This document shows, piece by piece, positions 35,645-43,823 of a stretch of DNA of 64,000 bases (its first letter is position 1; each line of letters begins with the position of its first letter). Under the pieces are notes generated by a model. The model worked only from the letters and a program-made list of their open reading frames with translations, was not told the DNA's origin and made no database searches. The position numbers were made by a program, and so were the translations under genes. The DNA is from Elusimicrobiota bacterium (GTDB lineage: Bacteria; Elusimicrobiota; Endomicrobiia; Endomicrobiales; JAPLKN01), in assembly GCA_042562855.1 (NCBI GenBank), contig JBHPNE010000002.1:7643-71642 (forward strand). The letters are read 5' to 3'.

Positions 35645-36361
35645 ATGCATAAAAAGACGTTGTTTTTTTTCTTAATTATTTCTCTCATATTTATTTCGCA
35701 GTTTTCTTATGCGGCAGTAACTTCTGTATCAAAAAGCACTTCTACGGCAGTAGCATCCCTTACAGGTACAGGCAATGTTAGTATGAGCATTGAATTACTG
35801 AATCTTACAGGCGGATCAACTACTCAAATTTATTGGAATACAGCTGGTATAGATCTTGGTACAACTACCTGGCGAAGATCGGATTCTTATATTTTACTGC
35901 ATGCAACATTTACATCTGCAACCGGTGGCGTCCAAATTTACACGGACAATAAAGATGGGGCTGCGGACCCGCAATATGTTGGGGTAAGCACGGCAGCAGG
36001 ACTGGTTTGTGTAAGTTCTCCCACTGCAAATCCCTTACCGACTTGCTGGCGTATTGTTGCTACGTCTACGGATACGCTAACTATCGAAGAGACAGGTGTT
36101 TCTTCTTTGTACAGTACTGAGATAGGTGCCGGTTACTTGTGTTTTTTGTTTATGAAAGATGTTAGTGTGCCTGGTAATTTTTCTGATGGCGATGATGACG
36201 TTACCGTTGTGGATTGGGCACGGGGCATTCATCATTCCGAAGGCGAATGGGGGCAGGAATCCACCCCGTTTTATATATATATCGGAGCGAATTTTAATGG
36301 TGCGGAAGCGGGGAAAGTTTATAAATGTTCTACACTGCTGATAGAAGCTTTTACAGAATAG
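35645..36361 (+). CDS. Secreted subunit-like protein, paralog 1 of a novel family
   Basis: Start moved to ATG 35645 (GGAG 5 nt upstream), which gives a signal peptide MHKKTLFFFLIISLIFISQFSYA|AVTSVSKST. Motifs GGVQIYTDN, PQYVG, CWRIV, CFLFMKD, HSEGEW, YIYIGANF, LLIEAFTE-stop are shared with 37210-37923 and the C-terminal half of 38674-39912. Confidence 0.7.
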   Translation: MHKKTLFFFLIISLIFISQFSYAAVTSVSKSTSTAVASLTGTGNVSMSIELLNLTGGSTTQIYWNTAGIDLGTTTWRRSDSYILLHATFTSATGGVQIYTDNKDGAADPQYVGVSTAAGLVCVSSPTANPLPTCWRIVATSTDTLTIEETGVSSLYSTEIGAGYLCFLFMKDVSVPGNFSDGDDDVTVVDWARGIHHSEGEWGQESTPFYIYIGANFNGAEAGKVYKCSTLLIEAFTE

Positions 36362-36380
36362 TGTTGTTTGGGGGAAGAAA

Positions 36381-37124
36381 ATGTTAAAGAAAATATTTTT
36401 ATTTATTTTATGTTTATCGATTAGCCCGTACGCTTTTGCGGGCTTGTCTATTGAGCCGTCCCGAACGGAGATTACGCTAAAGCCCGGCGAATCATTCAAT
36501 GGGTTTTATGTAGTAAAAAATGATTACAACACGCCCATTGATGTTGTTGTATCGGCAAAAAACTGGTTTATGCTCCCCGACAATAAGGATGTAGAAGTTA
36601 AAGATTGGCTTAATATTTCCAACAAAACAGTTCATTTGGAACCGGGCCAAAGTTCCGAAGTTCCTTTTGAAGTAAATATTTCTTCGGGGATGGAAGGTGT
36701 TTTGGTTGGCATGTTTTCATTCACGCCCAAGACTAAAATAAAACAAAATATAACGATGGTGGTTAGTGTTTCAGTTTTTGCAACCGTTTCCGGAACAGAA
36801 AAAATAGCTTGGGGAGTTACAGACATAAAGTTTGAAAAAGATAAACTTCAAGTTTCAGCAGAAATAGGAAACAGCGGTAATATCCATGTACGGCCTCAAG
36901 GTTTTGTAAAAATTATGAAGAAAAATAAGGAAATTGCAAAATTTGAATTTATTGAAGGAAGGCCGGTATATCCGGGCTCTGAAAGGGTAATTGTTGCAAG
37001 ACATGATCAGGGATTAAAAAAGGGAAAATACGATGTTTTGGTGAATATATTTGCTTTTGATGAAGAAGTTGAAGCGCAGTTTAAAATGAAAATCGGAAAA
37101 TCCGGAGAAATCAGCGTAAAATGA
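36381..37124 (+). CDS. Periplasmic two-domain Ig-like protein, PapD-like chaperone candidate (copy 1)
   Basis: 247 aa with a signal peptide. GLSIEPSRTEITLKPGES...YVVKNDYNTPIDVVVSAKNW resembles the first-strand/N...P.xVxxW layout of pilus chaperones. Second beta-sandwich: NSGNIHVRPQGFVKI...GKYDVLV. Confidence 0.4.
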   Translation: MLKKIFLFILCLSISPYAFAGLSIEPSRTEITLKPGESFNGFYVVKNDYNTPIDVVVSAKNWFMLPDNKDVEVKDWLNISNKTVHLEPGQSSEVPFEVNISSGMEGVLVGMFSFTPKTKIKQNITMVVSVSVFATVSGTEKIAWGVTDIKFEKDKLQVSAEIGNSGNIHVRPQGFVKIMKKNKEIAKFEFIEGRPVYPGSERVIVARHDQGLKKGKYDVLVNIFAFDEEVEAQFKMKIGKSGEISVK

Positions 37125-37209
37125 AAAGGGTAGTTATTTACTTATCTCGAATCTTTTTATAGAATGGAAATATAGTTAATACTGTAACAAGGGTTATATA
37201 GGAGGAATA

Positions 37210-37923
37210 ATGAGTTTTAAAAAGTTTTTAGTTTTAGTTGTTTTTACTTTATTGACTGCGCCTTCAGCGCATGCGGCATTTTCAAGTGTAGCTAAGTCGA
37301 CTTTTACTGCGGGAGTTTCCTTTGCATCTGCCGGAGAGGTGTCATATAGTATTGCTTTTGAAAATCTTGTTGGCGGGACCACAACGCAGGTCTATTGGAC
37401 CCCCGGAGATATTACTATCGGTTCAACAGATTGGAGAAGAGCAGATTCTCGCGTAGTGCTTTATTCAACAATTACGGCGGCAACAGGAGGCATTCAGATT
37501 TATACTGACAATTCAACTCCAGTCGCAAGCCCTCAATACACCGGTTCAAATGATCCTGCAGGTTTAGTAGCCGTGGAGGATACTTCAGCGGATCCGTTGC
37601 AGATGTGCTGGAGAATAGTAGATGCTTCAACCGATACTCTTACAATTGATCAGAATGGATCTACTCTTTACAGCACGGAGTTAGGGGTTGCATATCCTTG
37701 TTTCTTATGGATGAAAGATGCTTCAGGCCCAAGTGCGATGACAGGCGGAGAGGAATATGTGACGATGCGTGAGTCCGGAGGAAGGTTACAACATGCAGAA
37801 GGCACATGGGCAGATGATGCTGTTTCGCCGGACTATATATATTTTGGCGCAAAATTTACTAATGCATTAACGCCAAGAACTTATCAGACATCAACTTTAA
37901 GAATAGAAGCATTTACGGAGTAA
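37210..37923 (+). CDS. Secreted subunit-like protein, paralog 2
   Basis: 237 aa. Signal peptide ...APSAHA|AFSSVAKSTFT. GGIQIYTDN, PQYTG, CWRIV, CFLWMKD, HAEGTW, YIYFGAKF, LRIEAFTE-stop. Confidence 0.75.
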   Translation: MSFKKFLVLVVFTLLTAPSAHAAFSSVAKSTFTAGVSFASAGEVSYSIAFENLVGGTTTQVYWTPGDITIGSTDWRRADSRVVLYSTITAATGGIQIYTDNSTPVASPQYTGSNDPAGLVAVEDTSADPLQMCWRIVDASTDTLTIDQNGSTLYSTELGVAYPCFLWMKDASGPSAMTGGEEYVTMRESGGRLQHAEGTWADDAVSPDYIYFGAKFTNALTPRTYQTSTLRIEAFTE

Positions 37924-37924
37924 G

Positions 37925-38677
37925 ATGCTCAAAAAATTTTGTTTAACAGGACTTATATTTTTTCTGGGGGCAGGTTTTCTTTCTGCAAGCATAACTGTTA
38001 CTCCTTCAAGGGTTGAGATTTCCTGTAAGCCAGGGCAAGGAACAAAAGGGGTATATGCAGTTACTAGCAGGTATAGTGAGACCGCAAACATTGCCGTCAA
38101 AATAAAAGACTGGTTTGTTTTGCCTGAAAATGAAGGGATTGCTGTTGATAAATGGCTGAATGTAGATACAGATGTATTAATCCTTAAGCCGGGTGAAAGC
38201 AGAGAAATCAAATTCGAAGTATCTGTGCCCAGCAGTGCAGTCGGCGTTTTAGTAGGGATGATATCTTTTTCGCCAGGATTTAAAGAAAATACCAATGTTC
38301 AACTGGTTATCAGCGTGCCGGTTTATGTTCTCATTGAGGGAACAGAAAAAATAGAGTGGCAAATAAAAGACTGTGATTTTAAATTTCATGAAAACGAATT
38401 TCAGGTTTCTTGTGAAGTTGCAAACAGCGGAAATATACACATTAGGCCGAAAGGTTTTGTAAAAATTACGAAGAAAAATAAGGAAATTGCAAAATTTGAA
38501 TTTATTGAAGGAAGGCCGGTATATCCGGGCTCTGAAAGGGCAGTTATAGCGAGATACGGTAAAGAATTAGAAAAGGGAAAATATGATGTTTTGGTAAATA
38601 TATCTGCTTTTGAAAAAAATAGGGAAGAAAAGTTTAAAATGAAGATAAATAAATCCGGAAAACTGAGCGTAAAATGA
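37925..38677 (+). CDS. Periplasmic two-domain Ig-like protein, PapD-like chaperone candidate (copy 2)
   Basis: 250 aa. Paralog of 36381-37124 (SITVTPSRVEISCKPGQG...; NSGNIHIRPKGFVKITKKNKEIAKFEFIEGRPVYPGSER). Starts 1 nt after the stop of the preceding gene. Confidence 0.4.
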   Translation: MLKKFCLTGLIFFLGAGFLSASITVTPSRVEISCKPGQGTKGVYAVTSRYSETANIAVKIKDWFVLPENEGIAVDKWLNVDTDVLILKPGESREIKFEVSVPSSAVGVLVGMISFSPGFKENTNVQLVISVPVYVLIEGTEKIEWQIKDCDFKFHENEFQVSCEVANSGNIHIRPKGFVKITKKNKEIAKFEFIEGRPVYPGSERAVIARYGKELEKGKYDVLVNISAFEKNREEKFKMKINKSGKLSVK

Positions 38678-39912
38678 GAAAAATAGTATTTTCATTATTA
38701 ATTATTTCTGTTTGTGTCGTTTATACTTTTGCTGCAAACATCGGCAACGATGTTTATGCCGTATATTCCGAGACTTATGAAGGCGTAGAATATGATGTGC
38801 TTAATCCTACAACTCCTGCAAATCCTGATGGCGGCTTTATGGGTGCTTGGCAGTCCGATACTGGATCAACGACACTAGAAGCTGATTTTACTGCTGCTGG
38901 ATCAACTGAGGTTTTAGAAGGACTCAAAGTAACAGTTCCAACTGGAAATAAAGGCGGCGGAGTTTGGATGCAGTTTGGATATAGTACGGATACTCCAAGA
39001 GTTGATGAGACTGATCAAATAGCTACAGATATGAGCTATTATTCGGGTGGAACCATTGAATTTTGGGTAAAAGCATCAACTCATATTCAGATAGGAATAA
39101 GAGACGGTGTAGGCGACCATAATAAAAATATAAGTTCTTTTTGTGCATTAGATGGCCAATGGCATTATGTTTCAACTACTATAGCATCTTTTGGTGTAAA
39201 TATGACTCAAATTCGGCAACCTGCAAAGTTTCATTCTTTGTGGAACGCTGGCGGATGGACGGAAGATGTGTTTTTTTGGATTGATAATGTGATATGGAAA
39301 AGTTCTAATACCCAAACGCTTGATATCACTTTAAAAAACATAAGCGACAATAACACAACAAGTCAGATAACATGGAGTAATGTTGAAAATGTTTTAACTA
39401 GTACCAATCCTTGGAAAGCTGCTGACCAGTATGTTGAGATGATGCTCGACTATTACAAGCCCGGATGGGGTATACAGATTTATACCGATAATTTACATGC
39501 AAGTGCCACTCCCCAGTATACAGGTTCAGGCGACCCAGCCGGTTTAATTGATGCTTCTTCAACAACTATACGTATGCCCATGTGCTGGCGTATGGTTGAT
39601 GTCACAACCGATACTTACAACATGGTTGAAGGAACTGATAATAAGATATACGGCACCGCTTTTGGGGGGCAGGATAGTATTTATCCCTGTTTTTTGTGGA
39701 TGAAAGACAGAGGAACGACTGGTGCTGATATATTTGTTGACGGCGAAGACGCTGTTACCGTATGGGATAATAGAGGCATACAGCATGCTGAAGGAACCTG
39801 GGGTGGAGCAGTGTCCCGCAATTATATTTATCTCGGAGCAAAGTTTGAAAATGCCGTTACACCAAGGACATATAAAACGAGCATGCTGATAATAGAATTA
39901 TTTTATGAATAG
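38674..39912 (+). CDS. Fusion protein: CBM-like beta-sandwich (N) + subunit-family domain paralog 3 (C)
   Basis: 412 aa with a signal peptide. N-terminal half GGGVWMQFGY...GQWHYVSTTI...FFWIDNVIWKS. C-terminal half GWGIQIYTDN, PQYTGSGDPAGL, CWRMV, CFLWMKD, HAEGTW, YIYLGAKF, LIIELFYE-stop. ATGA overlap with the upstream gene. Confidence 0.7.
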   Translation: MRKIVFSLLIISVCVVYTFAANIGNDVYAVYSETYEGVEYDVLNPTTPANPDGGFMGAWQSDTGSTTLEADFTAAGSTEVLEGLKVTVPTGNKGGGVWMQFGYSTDTPRVDETDQIATDMSYYSGGTIEFWVKASTHIQIGIRDGVGDHNKNISSFCALDGQWHYVSTTIASFGVNMTQIRQPAKFHSLWNAGGWTEDVFFWIDNVIWKSSNTQTLDITLKNISDNNTTSQITWSNVENVLTSTNPWKAADQYVEMMLDYYKPGWGIQIYTDNLHASATPQYTGSGDPAGLIDASSTTIRMPMCWRMVDVTTDTYNMVEGTDNKIYGTAFGGQDSIYPCFLWMKDRGTTGADIFVDGEDAVTVWDNRGIQHAEGTWGGAVSRNYIYLGAKFENAVTPRTYKTSMLIIELFYE

Positions 39913-41035
39913 AATATTAACTTACTTATTATCCTTTTTGTTTATATTCGCAATGGCGAAAACAGCTGAGGCGGCTTTTGCTTCTGTTTCCATTTCTACT
40001 ATCACGATGTATGTTTCTTTTTCCGGCGTAGCCCCGCCAGAAACAGACTCGCCCGTAATAACGCATAAATCGTTAGAGCGTATTTCTTCACTGACAAGAA
40101 CCGTAGTTACGACCGGTACTGTTACGGATGCAACAGGAATAAACTCTCTTTCTATGCATCATTGGACAGATTCGAACGTAACTTTATCAACGGAAACCGC
40201 AACTATTACAGGATCTCCTACAAGTTATAATTTTCAATTTTCTCTAACGGTGGATAATGCGGCATCAGCATTTTATTATTATTTCAGATCGGCGGACATT
40301 AGTGCAAATTCAGTAAAAACCAGCACCATTACAGTTTCTAACATAGGCGTTTCTCAAATCTCATCAGCCGGCACAAACGGTGGGGAGATAACCTTGCCCA
40401 GCGGCGATCAATCCCACGGAAATACATCTTTAAATCTTCCTGCTGGGGCATTGGCTCAAAATACAAATATTACAATAACCGAGCTTTCTCCTTCAGATAG
40501 TTTGGTTGCTTTGGGAAAAGACGCTACACCTGCGGTTTCAGCATATCGTTTTGACCCTGCAGGGTTACAGTTTGGCGCCAACAGTTTGTTAACGTTGTTA
40601 TATTCAGAGCAGGCATGGACAGGTACACAGGAAGAAAACTTGCGCATTATGTGGTGGGATGGTTTTGAGTGGCGCTTAGTTGGCGGCACAGTTGATATGG
40701 ATGCAAACACTGTTTCTGCATATATCAGACATTTCAGCATTTATGCATTGTTTTCTATACCACTTCTTACCGATGACGATTACAGGGCAAAGGAAAAAAT
40801 TATTACGCCTGCCACAATCGACGGAAAAAATGATTTTGCAACATTTGGAGGCATCGGCTTAGAAGATACTGTTAACATCTATGATATTAAAGGTTCGAGG
40901 GTAAGATCTCTAAACGGAACCTCTATTTGGGATGGAAAAGATGAAGATGGAGATATCGTAGAAAGTGGATTATACGTGTATCAGATTAAAGTAGCGGGGA
41001 AAATTATAAGTGGTACCATTGTAGTAGCAAAATAA
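39905..41035 (+). CDS. Surface protein with subunit-like mature N-terminus and FlgD-Ig / T9SS-CTD-like C-terminal domain
   Basis: 376 aa. Signal ...AKTAEA|AFASVSISTIT. Middle SAYRFDPAGLQF...WWDGFEWRLVGG...HFSIYALF module. C-terminus VNIYDIKGSRVRSL...WDGKDEDGDIVESGLYVYQIKVAGK...IVVAK. Confidence 0.55.
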   Translation: MNRILTYLLSFLFIFAMAKTAEAAFASVSISTITMYVSFSGVAPPETDSPVITHKSLERISSLTRTVVTTGTVTDATGINSLSMHHWTDSNVTLSTETATITGSPTSYNFQFSLTVDNAASAFYYYFRSADISANSVKTSTITVSNIGVSQISSAGTNGGEITLPSGDQSHGNTSLNLPAGALAQNTNITITELSPSDSLVALGKDATPAVSAYRFDPAGLQFGANSLLTLLYSEQAWTGTQEENLRIMWWDGFEWRLVGGTVDMDANTVSAYIRHFSIYALFSIPLLTDDDYRAKEKIITPATIDGKNDFATFGGIGLEDTVNIYDIKGSRVRSLNGTSIWDGKDEDGDIVESGLYVYQIKVAGKIISGTIVVAK

Positions 41036-41036
41036 A

Positions 41037-41960
41037 ATGAAAAAAATATGTATTTTAACCATTCTTTTTCTTTCCTTGACTAGCATGCTTTCCGCAGCTT
41101 TTAAGGATTCTGGTTGGGGAGTTCGCCCTTTAGGTATGGCGGGGGCATTTACTGCCATTGCGGACGATTCCAATGCACCTCTCTTTAATCCGGCCGGTTT
41201 AGCTGTCATGGAAGAGAATGAAATATCATTAATGTCTGCAAAGCTTTTTACAGGGCTTGAAGGCGTGGATATTAGTTTGAATTATTTAACCTATATAAAT
41301 GTGTTTGATGAAAGTGTTGGAAATTTTGGTATTACCTGGGCCGCAATGTCATCCTTAAATTTATACAGAGAGGATACAGTCAATATATCATACGGCCGTA
41401 GTATTTATAGCGACGAATATGATTTAATGGTTGGAGCAAACTTGAAATACCTTTCTCATACATATACTTTAGATGTGAGGACCGCAGACGACCCTGTTTT
41501 TGCAAACGGAACAATAAGAGGCGTCGCAACTGCTGACATTGGATTTTTGTTTATGTTGCCGTATCCTGCAGTCTCCTTTGCCGTTGTAGGGAAGAATTTA
41601 TCAAGCCCTGACATTGGCTTAGAAACTTTAGATAAAGTTCCGAGCGAATATGTATTTGGAGTTTCATATTTCAATGAAAGAATGCCCTATATTACATTTC
41701 CGATGTGTACATTTGCTTTGGATTTGGTAAGCAGAGATAAAACCATGGATTACCGGTTCGGATTTGAAACATGGATATCTGACGAACGATTAGCGATACG
41801 TTCCGGAATATGCTCTCAGTCATTTAACATAGGTGTCGGATATGAGTTTGAGGTTATGTTTGATAAAGCACTTTCCGTTGATTATGCATTTGCTTTTCCT
41901 CTTGAAATTGAGGAGACAACAGGATCTCATCGAATCGGATTAACCTTCCGTTTTCCTTAA
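41037..41960 (+). CDS. PorV/PorQ- or UPF0164-like outer-membrane beta-barrel protein
   Basis: 307 aa with a signal peptide. GWGVRPLGMAGAFTAIADDSNAPLFNPAGLA is the hallmark N-terminal motif of that barrel family. Terminal ...GLTFRFP. Confidence 0.55.
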   Translation: MKKICILTILFLSLTSMLSAAFKDSGWGVRPLGMAGAFTAIADDSNAPLFNPAGLAVMEENEISLMSAKLFTGLEGVDISLNYLTYINVFDESVGNFGITWAAMSSLNLYREDTVNISYGRSIYSDEYDLMVGANLKYLSHTYTLDVRTADDPVFANGTIRGVATADIGFLFMLPYPAVSFAVVGKNLSSPDIGLETLDKVPSEYVFGVSYFNERMPYITFPMCTFALDLVSRDKTMDYRFGFETWISDERLAIRSGICSQSFNIGVGYEFEVMFDKALSVDYAFAFPLEIEETTGSHRIGLTFRFP

Positions 41961-41969
41961 AAAATATGA

Positions 41970-41998
41970 TTGACTTAGAATATATTGTTTTGTAGAAT
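41970..41998 (+). promoter_or_regulatory. Sigma70-type promoter candidate for the trx operon
   Basis: TTGACT (41970-41975), 17-nt spacer, TAGAAT (41993-41998). Confidence 0.5.
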
Positions 41999-42029
41999 TC
42001 TTTAGTATTTTGTTTACAGGGAGGAAGAA

Positions 42030-42350
42030 ATGTCTGACATTATAATAACGGAACAAAATTTTGAATCTGAAATCTTAAATTCGTCCATACCGGTTCTTGT
42101 TGATTTTTGGGCTCCATGGTGCGGTCCTTGCAGGATGCTTGCTCCGGTTATCGAGGAACTAGCAAAAGAGTACGATGGTAAGCTTAAAATAGCGAAATTA
42201 AATACTGATGAATGCGGCAATCTGGCCGGGCAGTACAAAATATCATCTATCCCGACATTGATTTTGTTCAAAGATAAGAACCCTGTTCAGACTATAATAG
42301 GATTTAAAGCAAAAAATGAAATTAAAAAAATTATTGAAAATGAATTGTAA
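42030..42350 (+). CDS. trxA: Thioredoxin
   Basis: 106 aa. [16 protein letters not shown] active site. Confidence 0.95.
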   Translation: MSDIIITEQNFESEILNSSIPVLVDFWAPWCGPCRMLAPVIEELAKEYDGKLKIAKLNTDECGNLAGQYKISSIPTLILFKDKNPVQTIIGFKAKNEIKKIIENEL

Positions 42351-42858
42351 AATATTTTATTTACCCTTTTTTTTTATTTCATTTTGCGTGTCAATCGTCT
42401 CAGCGGAAATTTTAATAGATGCTCCCGATTTTACGTTAAAAGATTTAGATAGCAATGAGATAACTTTGTCGGATTACGAAGGAAAAGTTGTATTTTTAGA
42501 TTTTTGGGCCTCGTGGTGTCCTCCTTGCCGCATGTCTATACCTGTAGTAGAAGAACTTTATGAGAAATTCAAAGATGAAGATGTAGTTTTTTTCGGGATC
42601 AATATGGAAAGCGATGTAAATAAAGTAAGCGGATTTGTACAAGCAAACGATATGAAATACAAAATATTGATGAGGGATCAAAAGGTAGGAAGACACTACG
42701 GTATCAGAGGTATCCCGGCGTTTTTTATAATAAATCAAGACGGCCAGATAGTTGATAAATATGTAGGTTATGATCCAAGTATGAGTAAAATATGGGAAGA
42801 AAAAATCCAATCTTTACTTGATGCTTCATCTCCCGCCAAGAAAAAGGCAAAAAAGTAA
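42316..42858 (+). CDS. Exported TlpA/ResA-like thiol:disulfide oxidoreductase (redoxin)
   Basis: [16 protein letters not shown]. Signal peptide. The real start may be ATG 42340 ([12 protein letters not shown]...). Confidence 0.8.
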   Translation: MKLKKLLKMNCKIFYLPFFFISFCVSIVSAEILIDAPDFTLKDLDSNEITLSDYEGKVVFLDFWASWCPPCRMSIPVVEELYEKFKDEDVVFFGINMESDVNKVSGFVQANDMKYKILMRDQKVGRHYGIRGIPAFFIINQDGQIVDKYVGYDPSMSKIWEEKIQSLLDASSPAKKKAKK

Positions 42859-42862
42859 AAAA

Positions 42863-43798
42863 ATGATACAAGCAAATAAATACGATCTCATTATTATTGG
42901 TGGTGGTCCCGCAGGTCTGACCGCCGGTTTATATGCATCCCGTGCCAAATTAAAGACACTTTTGTTGGAGAAAATGGGCTGCGGTGGACAGGTTATGATA
43001 ACAGATCGCATAGAAAACTATCCGGGGTTTCCCGACGGATTAAGCGGTTTTGAATTATCAGCAAAAATTGAAGAGCAGGCTAAAAAATTCGGCCTTGAAG
43101 TGAAATTAGAAGCAGTAAAATCAATACAAGTAAACGATCTCAAAACCGTGATAACTGATTCGACTAAATACGCTGCATCAGCAGTTATTATTGCAACGGG
43201 TGCCAACTACAGGAGAGCTGGTGTTCCGGGTGAAAACGAACTTATCGGCAAAGGTGTATCTTATTGTGCAACTTGTGATGCCGCATTTTTTAAAGAAAAG
43301 GACGTTGTAGTAATCGGCGGAGGAGATTCAGCAATACAGGAAGCGCTATTTTTAACCAAATTTGCAAAAAAAGTAAAAATTGTACATAGAAGAGACCAAT
43401 TGCGCGCAACAAAAATACTTCAGGATAGAGTCCTTGCAAATGACAAAATTGAAGTATTGTGGGGTTCAATAGTTACCAAAATATTGGGGCAGGAAAAGGT
43501 CAGCGGCGTAGAGCTGAAAAATGTCAAAAGCGGAAAAGTGAGTTCCATAAATACTGACGGAGTATTTGTGTTTATCGGTTTTGTGCCGAATACATCCTTT
43601 GTTGAAGATATTTTAAAACTAACCGAAACAAAACATATAACTACCGATTCGAATATGCAAACCCCTATTGAAGGTTTGTATGCTTGCGGAGATGTTAGGG
43701 ATAAACTGCTAAAACAAGTGGTTACAGCCGCAGGCGACGGAGCAACAGCTGCATTTGCTGCGCAGCAATATTTAGACAAAAAGAAAGAAAGCATTTAA
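42863..43798 (+). CDS. trxB: Thioredoxin-disulfide reductase
   Basis: Start moved from 42818 to ATG 42863 (MIQANKYDLIIIGGGPAGL). CATCDAAFF redox site; VIGGGDSAIQEA NADPH site. Confidence 0.92.
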   Translation: MIQANKYDLIIIGGGPAGLTAGLYASRAKLKTLLLEKMGCGGQVMITDRIENYPGFPDGLSGFELSAKIEEQAKKFGLEVKLEAVKSIQVNDLKTVITDSTKYAASAVIIATGANYRRAGVPGENELIGKGVSYCATCDAAFFKEKDVVVIGGGDSAIQEALFLTKFAKKVKIVHRRDQLRATKILQDRVLANDKIEVLWGSIVTKILGQEKVSGVELKNVKSGKVSSINTDGVFVFIGFVPNTSFVEDILKLTETKHITTDSNMQTPIEGLYACGDVRDKLLKQVVTAAGDGATAAFAAQQYLDKKKESI

Positions 43799-43823
43799 TC
43801 TACGTTTGACTTACCTATAAGCT

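Noticed and set aside
36900-38540. The 88-nt near-identical tract as a diversity-generating-retroelement TR/VR pair.
   Set aside because: There is no reverse transcriptase nearby. The single difference is T/C rather than adenine-specific. Both copies are in homologous positions of paralogs, which fits gene conversion better.
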